From: Epithemia pelagica
Lineage: Eukaryota; Protista; Bacillariophyta
Reading direction: 5' to 3'
DNA length: 64,000 nt
NCBI GenBank assembly: GCA_946965045.2
Contig: OX337231.1
Span: 806,001 to 870,000, forward strand
Each line of letters begins with the position of its first letter. Positions within the stretch are counted from its first letter, which is position 1. Positions 1-9,288 of the stretch are shown piece by piece. The notes under the pieces were generated by a model. The model was not told where the DNA came from. It saw nothing but the letters and a program-made list of their open reading frames with translations, and made no database searches. Both the position numbers and the translations under genes were made by a program.

Positions 1-872
1 GGGGGGGGGGGGTGATCGTGCGAGGAGTACGTGATGTGTGGGTTGAAGGGGTGGGGGAAGTAGCGGGTGGCCGGGCAGACGGTGAAGACAGAGGATCTTT
101 GAAGACGTTGTATTTTGCGTTGTTGGGAGAGGTGCAAATCGATGTTGGCCAGAGCGTCAAGGATGTGTTGTGCTAGCGCAGTGGTGACCGCATGACCAAG
201 GGAAAGAGTGGCATGCCGGGAAAGGGAATGTTGGAAAGGTTGTGGTTGTGGTTGTGAGCGCGTTTGGGCCTTGGGGAGGAGGTTGGAAGGGCCGTATTGG
301 GTTAAATTGTTAAAAGCCAAAAAACCATCGTGTTGGGGAATGCAACGGTCGGAGCGGCCGAGTTGCGGGGAGGTCCAGGGTGGTGGGAGGAAGGGAGAAA
401 AAGAGTATGGGGTCGGTGGGCCGAAGAAGAAGGTGTGGGCGAAATGTCCAAGACCTCCCAAGTGGTCGATGGAAAAAGGCAGAAGGAGGATGTTGTTGGA
501 GTTCAGGAGGGCGGTGGTGGTGTTGTCATGAGTGAATTTCTGGCGGGCGGCGAGATGGTGTATCTTGGAGGCATCTTTGGCAATTTGTTCGAACGATAGA
601 CCATGTCGAGTTTGCTCGTCAGTAGATTCGGTGGGAGGGAGTTGGGGATGGGCGGGTGGGATGGTGACGTCGAGAGCAACGTAGGAGAAACGGTTATCCG
701 GAAAGGGTGGGTGTAATGCAAGGCCAATATCAGCGGGTCGGATGTTTCTTGGATGGTGGGGTAGGAGATTGGTGGGCTCCAGATGGATGTCCGATGCGGT
801 GCGAGTCCATTCCGCACGGGGTGCCAATTCTTTCCGCCAGTCGCTAGTTGTAAATGAGAAGGCAGGAACCAT
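1..872 (-). mobile_element. 3' fragment of a CRE-type non-LTR retrotransposon (restriction-like endonuclease domain), 5'-truncated; ORF runs off the window edge
   Basis: A minus-strand frame from ATG 872 is open to position 1 and is absent from the ORF track because it has no stop. It reads ...HLEPTNLLPHHPRNIRPADIGL...YVALDVTIPP...ARQKF...LLLPFSIDHLGGLGHFAH..., the EP..RPAD..ALDVT..K..PF..GG pattern of RLE-type LINEs. No RT or CCHC knuckle upstream. Confidence 0.6.
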
Positions 873-1614
873 CTGCTATTTTGTTTGGATTCTTTATGAT
901 ATCTTGTAAAACTGCAGCAGACTTCATCACGACATTGCGTTTGTACACAATCGATCACTGTCAATGCCGAGGAATTCGCGGAAGGAACCATGGTATTTTC
1001 GGGAAAATTGGAAAAAAGAGAAAAGACACACCCAGACCCAAACGTGCGCGAAAATCTGACCTTACTACCTACTTCTTGTCTACAGAGGGTAGCCTCGTCG
1101 CTCCGAAGACCATGGGGAACATGACGACTGCCGTAACATTTCAAAATCTTTGAATTTGATGGTATTGTTTGACACTCTGAGCATGGAAGACGCAGCATAT
1201 CTCCAACACGACCCGAAGCCAAAAGACGTTTTGTACATGGTCCAGAACCTCAACCTACCTAGCTAGAGAAGGTAGTCCTGGCCGGTGGTCATGAAAGCCA
1301 AAAGCGCGGTTGGCACGAACTCGATCCTATCCTTGACCTTCCACTAGCTACCACATCCAACATTAATCGAATAGGTCGAATTTTGAAGCGTTCCAGTTGG
1401 GACCATCGTGTGGCCATGCGCTGGTTGGTTGCAATAGAATAGTTTCACTTTGGTCTAGCAAAAGGTAACGTAAGGGAAACAATTCATACAAGCAGCCACG
1501 AGGCCAGAATGGCGCAGAAGGCTTTTGCTTCAGAGAACCAGGGGCGCAAAATGCATTTGTTCTTCCAGTTCATTCCGATTCCCATATTGCCGCAGCGGTC
1601 CACGCCAAGACTAC

Positions 1615-3573
1615 CTAGTTCTGCTTCGTTGACCAAAATGTGCTGTTTGGGCAAGGAATGATGCTCGGCTTGTTTGGGTCATGACAAACAATATGAGGTT
1701 CAGCCAAGCAGCAACGTGAATATGTGTTTTCGGATCGAAGATTCGATTCATTGTACTGCCTGGAGATACTCGTACAATGGTCGGCAACGAACCAATCCCC
1801 CATTTGCTGAAAGAACTTGAGCTTGTCCGTTTTTGATGCCGTCCAACTCATGTGAAAGAGTATTGGTTGTATCTCTCCTTTCACAAACTTTTTCATGTAA
1901 GACCGATCCATGCGATAACTATATCCGCCCGGGAATAGCGTTTCCTCTCGTGCATAAACTTTGATTTTGAGGGCATATAAGCTTGCGTGTTCCTGCAGCA
2001 AAGAGTGCATCGCCAATTGATGACTCCGTCGTTCGAGAATCTCGTCACCCTCCATGAGCAGAGCGTTGAAAAAGTGTGCCGTACGACGATTGTTGCGGAC
2101 GTAGTAAAAGCCTGAATTGGCAGAGTACGTTGGGTAAACCACACGATTGCCATCATCTTGAAAGTATATATCAAAGGATGAGTCCTTTCGACTCGTGTTG
2201 TGGAAAAAGTCCAGTGGATGCCGATACCAGACTATGTCGACATCTTGGAAAAGAACATTGTAACCAAGAAGGATTGGTAGGTGAACGGAATAGATCTTGG
2301 GCAACATCAATTTTGCGTAGTCATTATCACCATAGGTACGGGCAGAATGTCTTGGCATATCCGAAAAAGTGTGTTTCAGATAGACAACTGTAGCACCTCC
2401 GACGTTCCTGACAAGGGTAGCAGTCTCTTGATCCATAGCAAACACAACAACTGACGATGTGTCAAGACCTCGACTCTTGGCGGAACACAAAAAATTCAAG
2501 AGGAGCTCCGATTGTCCAAAGTTGCACGTCATGACAACAACAGTATTTTGTACGGCAACTCTTTGAAGCATTGGTCGAAGAAAGTTTAATGTATGATCAA
2601 GATCTCCCAGGTACTTTTGCAAGCGATCGAGGTATAGTCGCGTTGTCGCCTGGGCAGGAGGGTGGACAAACTTGTGACTACCATCTGCAACTCGACTCGT
2701 GAGAATCAGAGGTGTTGAGGAGTTCAATTTGTCTTTGTCCTCGGGTAAACGCATGTATTTTTGGATGTGATAGGCCTCATGCTGTCCCATAATTGCCATG
2801 CATTGCCTTCGCCGTCCATCATGATTCTGAAAGACAATGTTGAGAAAGTCACAATTGGCTGTCGCATCCTCAGCTGATATTTGGGGTATTGTTGTCTGTG
2901 ATAGGATCTCCTTCTTTTGAACAGGATCCGATGGCATTGCATTGGTATGAGAATACAAAAAGAGTACCTCATTGTTGATAGAGGTGGAACGATCCAAAGG
3001 AACTCCCAAGTCAAACTTATTGGTAAACTCATCGCGATCAACCTTTGCCATTCCTCTGACCAAGTTCAGCATCCCCGGTGGGAATCTTGGTTCTGCAACT
3101 TTTTCTGTTGGGAGACCATGTCCTCGTACATGTTGGCTCTGATGTTTTGAAGAATCGTCCACAGATGTTTCCTTCTGTCTGTCATTCCTGTTATTTTCAA
3201 GCATTTTTGTGGTATTCATCGTGTCTCGAGTGATCTGTTCCCGAAGTTCTCGTGTGATCTGCTCCCGAAGCTCTTGTGTGATCTGAGGTCGAAGCTCTTG
3301 TGTGATGACATGTCGAAGCTTGTCCGATTCTCTTTGTAGGGCTTGTTGAATCATGTGGTCCACTTGCAAGGCCGTAAAGCACTCGGACTCAGTTGGGCGT
3401 GTGGTGACCGACCCATCCCACCCAAACAAGACCGATGCATTCCAGGCCATTGCGGCGCCAGTCAAGACGAGCAGAATCACTCGGGTATTTTGTATGGACC
3501 ACCATGGTGCCGATCTGGAGGTGACCTCCATGTTGGTTGTTGCAAATGGCCGTGTCATTGGATGGGCAAACAT
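1615..3573 (-). CDS. Nucleotide-diphospho-sugar transferase (GT77-like) type II membrane glycosyltransferase, 652 aa
   Basis: N-terminal TM anchor (VILLVLTGAAMAWNASVLFGW); DxD motif FQDVDIVWYRHP; YFQDDG and NSGFYYVR motifs. Confidence 0.85.
   Translation of the reverse strand: MFAHPMTRPFATTNMEVTSRSAPWWSIQNTRVILLVLTGAAMAWNASVLFGWDGSVTTRPTESECFTALQVDHMIQQALQRESDKLRHVITQELRPQITQELREQITRELREQITRDTMNTTKMLENNRNDRQKETSVDDSSKHQSQHVRGHGLPTEKVAEPRFPPGMLNLVRGMAKVDRDEFTNKFDLGVPLDRSTSINNEVLFLYSHTNAMPSDPVQKKEILSQTTIPQISAEDATANCDFLNIVFQNHDGRRRQCMAIMGQHEAYHIQKYMRLPEDKDKLNSSTPLILTSRVADGSHKFVHPPAQATTRLYLDRLQKYLGDLDHTLNFLRPMLQRVAVQNTVVVMTCNFGQSELLLNFLCSAKSRGLDTSSVVVFAMDQETATLVRNVGGATVVYLKHTFSDMPRHSARTYGDNDYAKLMLPKIYSVHLPILLGYNVLFQDVDIVWYRHPLDFFHNTSRKDSSFDIYFQDDGNRVVYPTYSANSGFYYVRNNRRTAHFFNALLMEGDEILERRSHQLAMHSLLQEHASLYALKIKVYAREETLFPGGYSYRMDRSYMKKFVKGEIQPILFHMSWTASKTDKLKFFQQMGDWFVADHCTSISRQYNESNLRSENTYSRCCLAEPHIVCHDPNKPSIIPCPNSTFWSTKQN
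3231..3320. repeat. Coding 24-bp tandem repeat (~3.75 units) in the GT stem region
   Basis: Units such as TGATCTGCTCCCGAAGCTCTTGTG at 3231, 3255, 3279 and 3303 (partial); they encode ELRxQITx. Confidence 0.9.
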
Positions 3574-3612
3574 TGCAATGCTCCCAAATTCTGCTGCTAA
3601 AGCATATCAGAC

Positions 3613-3642
3613 GACGTCAAAAGGTCGACCTCCCACCAATAG
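3613..3642. repeat. 30-bp dispersed element shared with the nuclease-kinase 3' flanks (6179, 6619, and inverted at 26190-26219)
   Basis: GACGTCAAAAGGTCGACCTCCCACCAATAG versus GACGTCAAAAAGTCGACCGCCCACCGATAG at 6619-6648 (27/30 identical). Confidence 0.7.
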
Positions 3643-3773
3643 ATAGTGTCTTCGAACATAGTACCTTTGCACTGCCTCCACGCCGGGTGGGAGATGTCAT
3701 GCCGGATTCTTTGTCTTGCGAATTTTCTCACGGTGGGTGTGGTTTCTCGTTTCTCGCTACACAAAAAAATACC

Positions 3774-3889
3774 TACGGGACTAAAACTTTGAAATATCCG
3801 CGAGTCAGTCATGTGACCACAACAGCCCTCAGACGCTGGGTTGTTCCATCCAGTCATCTTCCAGTCGCACCTTAGACAAACGGACGCCC
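3774..3889 (+). repeat. ~120-bp diverged direct repeat, left copy (partner 9074-9195)
   Basis: Shared colinear blocks TACGGGACTAAAACT, TATCCGCGAGTCAGTCATGTGAC, CAACAGCCCTCAGAC, TCCATCCAGT, TCCAGTCGCACC and GACAAACGGACGCCC, with small indels. Confidence 0.85.
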
Positions 3890-3984
3890 TGAGTGCACTT
3901 CTGACTTCTGACAGTGCTTCACTCTCAAGTATCAATACTGAACTTGCAGCTATCAATCATTCGATAGAAGATGATGATAAAATA

Positions 3985-5587
3985 ATGTCGAAATTGACGA
4001 CGCGCCGGAAGCGACCGAAGAAGTGGATTGAGAGACCGAAGTTGGGGGACGAAATTCCACGGGCAAGAAGAACGATATCAGAAACAGGTCCATCGATTCC
4101 ATCGGACGAAGAACACGCAACCGTGAAATGGACCGTGAAGGATTTTGGCCTTTTCGACGAAAGCTCATTTAACACTATCAAGAACTATCCCATGGGGCTT
4201 GTCGCGACTAATGGAGCAGTCGAGTACAGCTCCGAAAACGATGTCGCTGGACACGTGAAAACTCTCGTCACTCATTTATTGATTGCCCTTGACCTTAATG
4301 ACGTTGCTGTTTATTCGGAAATTTAACTTTCAACCTTCGGCCTGATCTTTGGATTGTCATTCGTGGAGGTCGTCAATGGCGTCCTCCAATGCCTGATAGG
4401 CGGTCGCGAGGCGCTCTTCGTTGCGAACGTAGTCGGTGTTACCAATCGGGGCAATTGGGGTGAAGAAGCAATATATTGACAACGGTGTGAAGGGACTGGA
4501 ACACCCCAATGTACTCGGGGAGCTGTTTGACTTCATGGAGCACCTTCCCAATTATTATGGCATCACTCCGGTATTTGGAATCGTAACCAATTTGGTTCAA
4601 TGGAGAGTTGCGTGGCTTCCAGGTTCCGGTGTAGATGAGATGGTGGCCTCGGAAGAGGCTTGGGTTGTCTATGAGGAAGACGGAGATGACGGTGATAGCG
4701 ACGTGGAACTTGACGATGCTGATGATACAAGTACCTACACCCCGAACGAAGAGGAGTCAAGGGCCACGCAAACAGGCGAATCCCCGCTTCGCGCCACCGC
4801 AAGCAAGCTTAACCCCATCATCCACGAGGTGCAGACGACGGACGATTATGAAGCAGCACAAGAACACGACGATGACGCAGGAGTGGAAGAAGACTACAAC
4901 CTTGATAGGTGCTTCCATGTCTCCAAAATCTATAGCAAGAGAGACGCGGTGCGGGCAATTGCATCAGCAATAGCCAAGATGTACAGAGTTTGTTCGAGAC
5001 CCTTCGAAAATCCTTTCGACCGCCTCTCAGATCGAACTATTTTGAAGTTCGTTAAAGGTGGAGTGAGATCCATATTTTGGGTCCGTTTGAAGAACGTGAC
5101 GCCCAACTGGAATAAGATTGCACGGCCACAAAAGTTTTTGTATGCGATTGAAGATCTTGGTCGTGGGGCGCATGGTCGTGTCTGGCTGACATGCTCCTCT
5201 TCTGGTGCTGTTTGCGTTCTTAAGTTTGCTCTCGACGACAAACCTGATGGACTAGACAAAGAGTATGCATTTTGGAAGCAGATCTATCCATCCTTTCCAG
5301 TCTTTCGTGAGACATGGTGTGGTCACCCGGTATTACGGATGCCGCATTTTGCGCGTGTCCATACAAAAGACCGTGCCTCCAAGCTCAAATTGGTCAAGGA
5401 AACGCTGGAACAACATTTTGACAGACCAGGCTTTGCGCATGATGATGTGTACTGGCGAAATATCGGGTTATATGCAGACAAGCACGGGGTGGAGAAGGCT
5501 GTTGTCTTTGACATGGGTGCTGTTTGCACTTGTGAGGACTCCGGTGCAGGTTGGGTGAAAACGGCCTGTCGACGTCTGGCGCGATGA
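3985..5587 (+). pseudogene. PD-(D/E)xK nuclease + kinase-fold gene, copy 1 (disrupted)
   Basis: Three successive frames rebuild ...VYSEI / TFNLRPDLWIVIRGG / VLPIGAIGVKK... There is a frameshift at ~4325 and a ~65-bp foreign insert at 4371-4435. The C-terminal kinase fold shows LGRGAHGRV, VLKF, HDDVYWRNIG and VFDMG. Confidence 0.7.
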
Positions 5588-6172
5588 GAACAGAACCACA
5601 ATTTCGACTAGTCTCCGTGTTTTAGCACACAGCTTTCGGTGGCATTTGCTCATAGGAGAAACAAAACGAAACCATTGTTTGACTGTGAATGCAACTCACA
5701 ACTTATGAAAATAATCTCAAGTTTATCCATGTAACGACCTTGGATGAAATCTGAAATGATGGTACTGTCCTTGCCGTGATGCTCCTTGATGTTGGATCTT
5801 TTCAATCCACGCTCGTGAGAACTCACAGTCAAACCGAAAGCATATAATATCTGATCTGTGTACACAGACAAGAAACCTTGATTCTGGAATTGCAGAGCAC
5901 GTTCCTATGGATGTCCAGTCGTGTTGTCCTGGTATGGAAGAGACCATAGGAGCGTCGGCAAGAAGCACAACAAAGGAGGCGCGGCAGAAAAGGATCAAAA
6001 CCAAGGTGCAGGATCGGAAAGACCGAGCCCAGCTACCTAGGCGATTCTGCTGGTGATTTCATATGCTTTTGTTGTCGGGAAAAGAAGGTTCGGTTGGTTT
6101 GGCTACGTGCGGTTTCTCCAGGGCTCGCAATGGTTACTCTAGCTATATCTGCAATGATGCGAGAGCATAGGA

Positions 6173-6500
6173 ACATGAGACGTCAAAAAGTCGACCGCCC
6201 ACCGAGAGTGGCTTCGAGGACCAGAAAGAAAATTGTTGGTCATTATTGATCTTGTCACGAGACCTGGTCAGCTCAGGATTCCAAAGGGTTGTCGTATTTG
6301 TCTTCTTATAATTCACTCTCAGAACATTCTTGATTAGCCTCCTTTGACATAGAGAGGGCACTTCTCTTCTCTATCAATGCCGATGCGAGCTTTGAAATTG
6401 TCCTTTTAGTTTTCGACAAAGCTACTCACGTCGTGCGTTGTAAGATCCTCTAGATCGGCTAGGTCGCAAAAAATGAGATGTTTTCTTCGTTTTCGCTTGT
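6173..6500 (-). repeat. Partial tandem duplicate of the kinase gene 3' end and 3' flank (copy of ~6613-6945)
   Basis: Both copies begin CATGAGACGTCAAAAAGTCGACC and run colinear through GCACTTCTCTTCTCTATCAATGCCGATGCGAGCTTTG to AAAAAATGAGATG. Confidence 0.9.
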
Positions 6501-6573
6501 TTAGTTCCAACTATACAAGCGGTCACTTGTGTCATTTGTATAGTTGGAACAAAACAAACGAAAACAAAGAAAA
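6481..6573. repeat. Fold-back inverted repeat (38-bp arms, 17-nt loop) at the duplication junction
   Basis: 6481-6518 versus the reverse complement of 6536-6573: 35/38 identical. Imperfect pairing extends to about 6460/6595. Confidence 0.9.
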
Positions 6574-6777
6574 GAATATCATTTTTACGGCCTGGGCAAA
6601 AAGTTCATAGGTACATGAGACGTCAAAAAGTCGACCGCCCACCGATAGTGGCTTCGAGGACCAGAAAGAAAATTGTTGGTCATTATTGATCTTGTCACGA
6701 GACCTGGTCAGCTCAGGATTCCAAAGGGTTGTCGTATTTGTCTGCTTATAATTCATAAGAACTCAGAACATTCTTGA

Positions 6778-8823
6778 TTAGCCTCCTTTGACATAGACAG
6801 GGCACTTCTCTTCTCTATCAATGCCGATGCGAGCTTTGAAATTGTCCATTGAGTTTTCGACAAAGTTATCCGCGTCGTCCGTTTCAAGATTCTCGAGATC
6901 AGCTAGGTCGTAAAAAATGAGATGCTTTTCTTTGTTTTCACTTGTATAGATCCCAACATGACCCCATCTTTCGTCGTCCTTGTTGTATTGAACACTATGC
7001 CGAAAAAATGTTTCGCGAAGAACTTTTTTCATACTTGTCCACGTAGAATGATGTTCTCGCTCACTCTTTGTCAAAGAATGAATGAATGGCATGATAATGC
7101 ATGGTCGACCAAACAGTTTTGCAGTCTTGACTTTATCCTTGAACAATTCTGGGTAGAAGCTGAGGAGTCGCTCCTTTTCCCTTTCCACTGCTTCATTTGC
7201 AACCATCTGAAATGAAGTTTCGTCGAGAATCTCACCATGGTCATTATAATTCTTAACGTAAACTTTGATGGCAACGTGCTCTCCATCCGAGGTCAGAGCT
7301 TGAAAGACGTTGGAGGTTGAACCGTGACCAAGAATTCCGATAATGTAATACGAGTCTGCGTTATTGCTGTCAATCGGAATCTGCGTGGACTGATGTTTTT
7401 TACTTACGATTCCGCTACGCAGTGTGGCCTGCAACTTTCCCCAGCAGTAATTCTTTTTCTCACCGTTGACAACACGAAGTGCCTTTGGAAACTCGTACGA
7501 TTTATTAGCATTGAGCTTGAAGATCGGAGTCGTCGATTCTTTGTACTTCGATTTAGCAATCTTGATTGCGGTATACAACATCCTAACGAGCTCATGTGGT
7601 CCATGTACAGTTGTAGCGTATAATGTTCGATCTTCTTTTCGACTTCGCTCAGCAAGAAAGGTCGACATCGAACTTGTCTCATTCGTCGATCCGGTGGAAT
7701 CACCTGAAGCACTAGCTGATGGCGATGATTTAGTCGACCCAGTATCAGAAGTATGATCAAGGGAGACTGCTGGGGGCATTCTAGAGCTCGAGCTATTTCT
7801 GAAACCAGTACATCCCATCGCTGATTTCTTGGTCTCGGCCACATCGACATTCGCATCTTGATTTGACGTCTCGGTCTCAACCAAGTTGTCTTGAAACGGT
7901 TGATTTGACGGTTCAGCCGAGCAAAGACCATCCGGCTCCAAGGAGCAAAGATATGATTCCTCGAATGACGAAATTACGACGGTCGATGTTCCTCGCCCAA
8001 AAGCGTTCATGGCTTGAGCTTGGTCATAGGCATGACCGACAACACTTTCATAGTGAATCAACTGTTTTGCGCCATCTCCCTTAGGAGGCTGTTTGACTTC
8101 GATTACAACCAATCCGATTCCATCCTCGCCTCGGATCACCATAATGTCCGGGCGGCACCCGAAAAGACTCCGTTCCAACCTATGAGATACTTCGTTGGGT
8201 TTGACGATACCTGCTCCCTCTGCTAGAAAGATACTATCCTTCACAGCAGAGAGAATGATAGAGCAAATGCCCGCCTCGCTCCCATATGATCTTGGAATCC
8301 ATTGACTTCCATCATTATTCCGAAATTCTTGAACAAGAGCCGATGGGCGTTTCATGGTACGTACAATATTGCCGTCGGGACTACTTAGATTGAAGTTGGT
8401 GACATCTGCGGTTCGTGCTCCATAATGGTTGCCCTTGACGTGAGAGAAGGAAGTTGTCTCATTTTCAACTTTGAAGTTTTCCTCGTCAGCAGCCAATAGT
8501 GTTTCAAAAGAAAAGCGACGTTTATCCTCTTGGTGTTGTCGTAGTTGTTCACCTTGTTCCTGTATTTGTTGACGCAGTATCCGAATGTTTTCTTGGAGAT
8601 CCTCGTCTCCTTCATTTGTTGCGGCTTGGAAGTTTCCAACATTGTTATAGCCACGAGAAGCTACTTCATTGTCATGGCCGACCCGCGGGCACTTCCCTGC
8701 CCTGCTGCCGTGGCTTGAGCTTTCCCCACCAGGACCACCGCAGTGGCCAGCGTCGTTGCTGCTAGAGTCACTGTCGTCATCTACTAGATGACGCTTTGGC
8801 CTGGCAATGTCGTTGCTATTCAT
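6778..8823 (-). CDS. PD-(D/E)xK nuclease + kinase-fold protein, copy 2 (intact ORF, 681 aa)
   Basis: N-terminal coiled coil; nuclease motif GCRPDIMVIRGEDGIGLVVIEVKQP; Ser-rich linker; kinase fold LGHGSTSNV, VAIKV, DDERWGHVG and FYDLA. Confidence 0.75.
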   Translation of the reverse strand: MNSNDIARPKRHLVDDDSDSSSNDAGHCGGPGGESSSHGSRAGKCPRVGHDNEVASRGYNNVGNFQAATNEGDEDLQENIRILRQQIQEQGEQLRQHQEDKRRFSFETLLAADEENFKVENETTSFSHVKGNHYGARTADVTNFNLSSPDGNIVRTMKRPSALVQEFRNNDGSQWIPRSYGSEAGICSIILSAVKDSIFLAEGAGIVKPNEVSHRLERSLFGCRPDIMVIRGEDGIGLVVIEVKQPPKGDGAKQLIHYESVVGHAYDQAQAMNAFGRGTSTVVISSFEESYLCSLEPDGLCSAEPSNQPFQDNLVETETSNQDANVDVAETKKSAMGCTGFRNSSSSRMPPAVSLDHTSDTGSTKSSPSASASGDSTGSTNETSSMSTFLAERSRKEDRTLYATTVHGPHELVRMLYTAIKIAKSKYKESTTPIFKLNANKSYEFPKALRVVNGEKKNYCWGKLQATLRSGIVSKKHQSTQIPIDSNNADSYYIIGILGHGSTSNVFQALTSDGEHVAIKVYVKNYNDHGEILDETSFQMVANEAVEREKERLLSFYPELFKDKVKTAKLFGRPCIIMPFIHSLTKSEREHHSTWTSMKKVLRETFFRHSVQYNKDDERWGHVGIYTSENKEKHLIFYDLADLENLETDDADNFVENSMDNFKARIGIDREEKCPVYVKGG

Positions 8824-9073
8824 CGGTCTGCTGTTTCGAGGTTCCTTCTAATGTTATTGATGTCTTTTTCTTTCGGTTACGATTGCAGTTGTTGTCGCGT
8901 GTTTGTGTTTTGTCTTCGTTTGTGTAACCTTATGTTGTGGAGGAGGCGGTCTCTCCGTAGTCCGTACAATAGTTGGGTTTGCGTAACTGAGGATTTTGGA
9001 CTTTTAGGCGAAAATTTTCGACGGACAGACTGCAAAATTCTCACCATCCTTTGCTGAAAGTAGAAAATACGGG

Positions 9074-9195
9074 TACGGGACTAAAACTGCTAGTATGAAG
9101 TATCCGCGAGTCAGTCATGTGACAAGACAACAGCCCTCAGACTCCATCCAGTGACCCTCCAGTCGCACCCTATGACGTTCGACAAACGGACGCCC
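9074..9195 (+). repeat. ~120-bp diverged direct repeat, right copy (partner 3774-3889)
   Basis: Same shared blocks as the left copy. Confidence 0.85.
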
Positions 9196-9288
9196 AGCAA
9201 AGATCTAACTGGGTCGGCGGTGTTTGACATCTCATCGTCGTCACCTTCACCGCTTCGCTGTGGGTGTTTGATTGTGTGCCATTTTAAG

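Larger units (their letters stand above)
5902..8358 (-). repeat. Left arm of a large inverted segmental duplication (partner 24452-26509)
   Basis: The kinase gene body and its 3' flank are colinear with 24452-26509 on the opposite strand. Homology ends at CCATAGGAA (5902/26509) and ACCATG (8358/24452). Confidence 0.9.

Noticed and set aside
503-1222. 239-aa ORF from the track
   Set aside because: No recognisable motifs. The motif-bearing LINE frame is a different minus-strand frame (872 to 1).
4369-4432. GT...AG intron explaining the insert in kinase copy 1
   Set aside because: Splicing at either candidate donor (4363 or 4369) leads to a frame that stops quickly and does not join the downstream kinase ORF.
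5650-6004. Possible methyltransferase-like gene remnant downstream of the kinase flank
   Set aside because: Only short ORFs and a vague ELH-type resemblance; not supportable.
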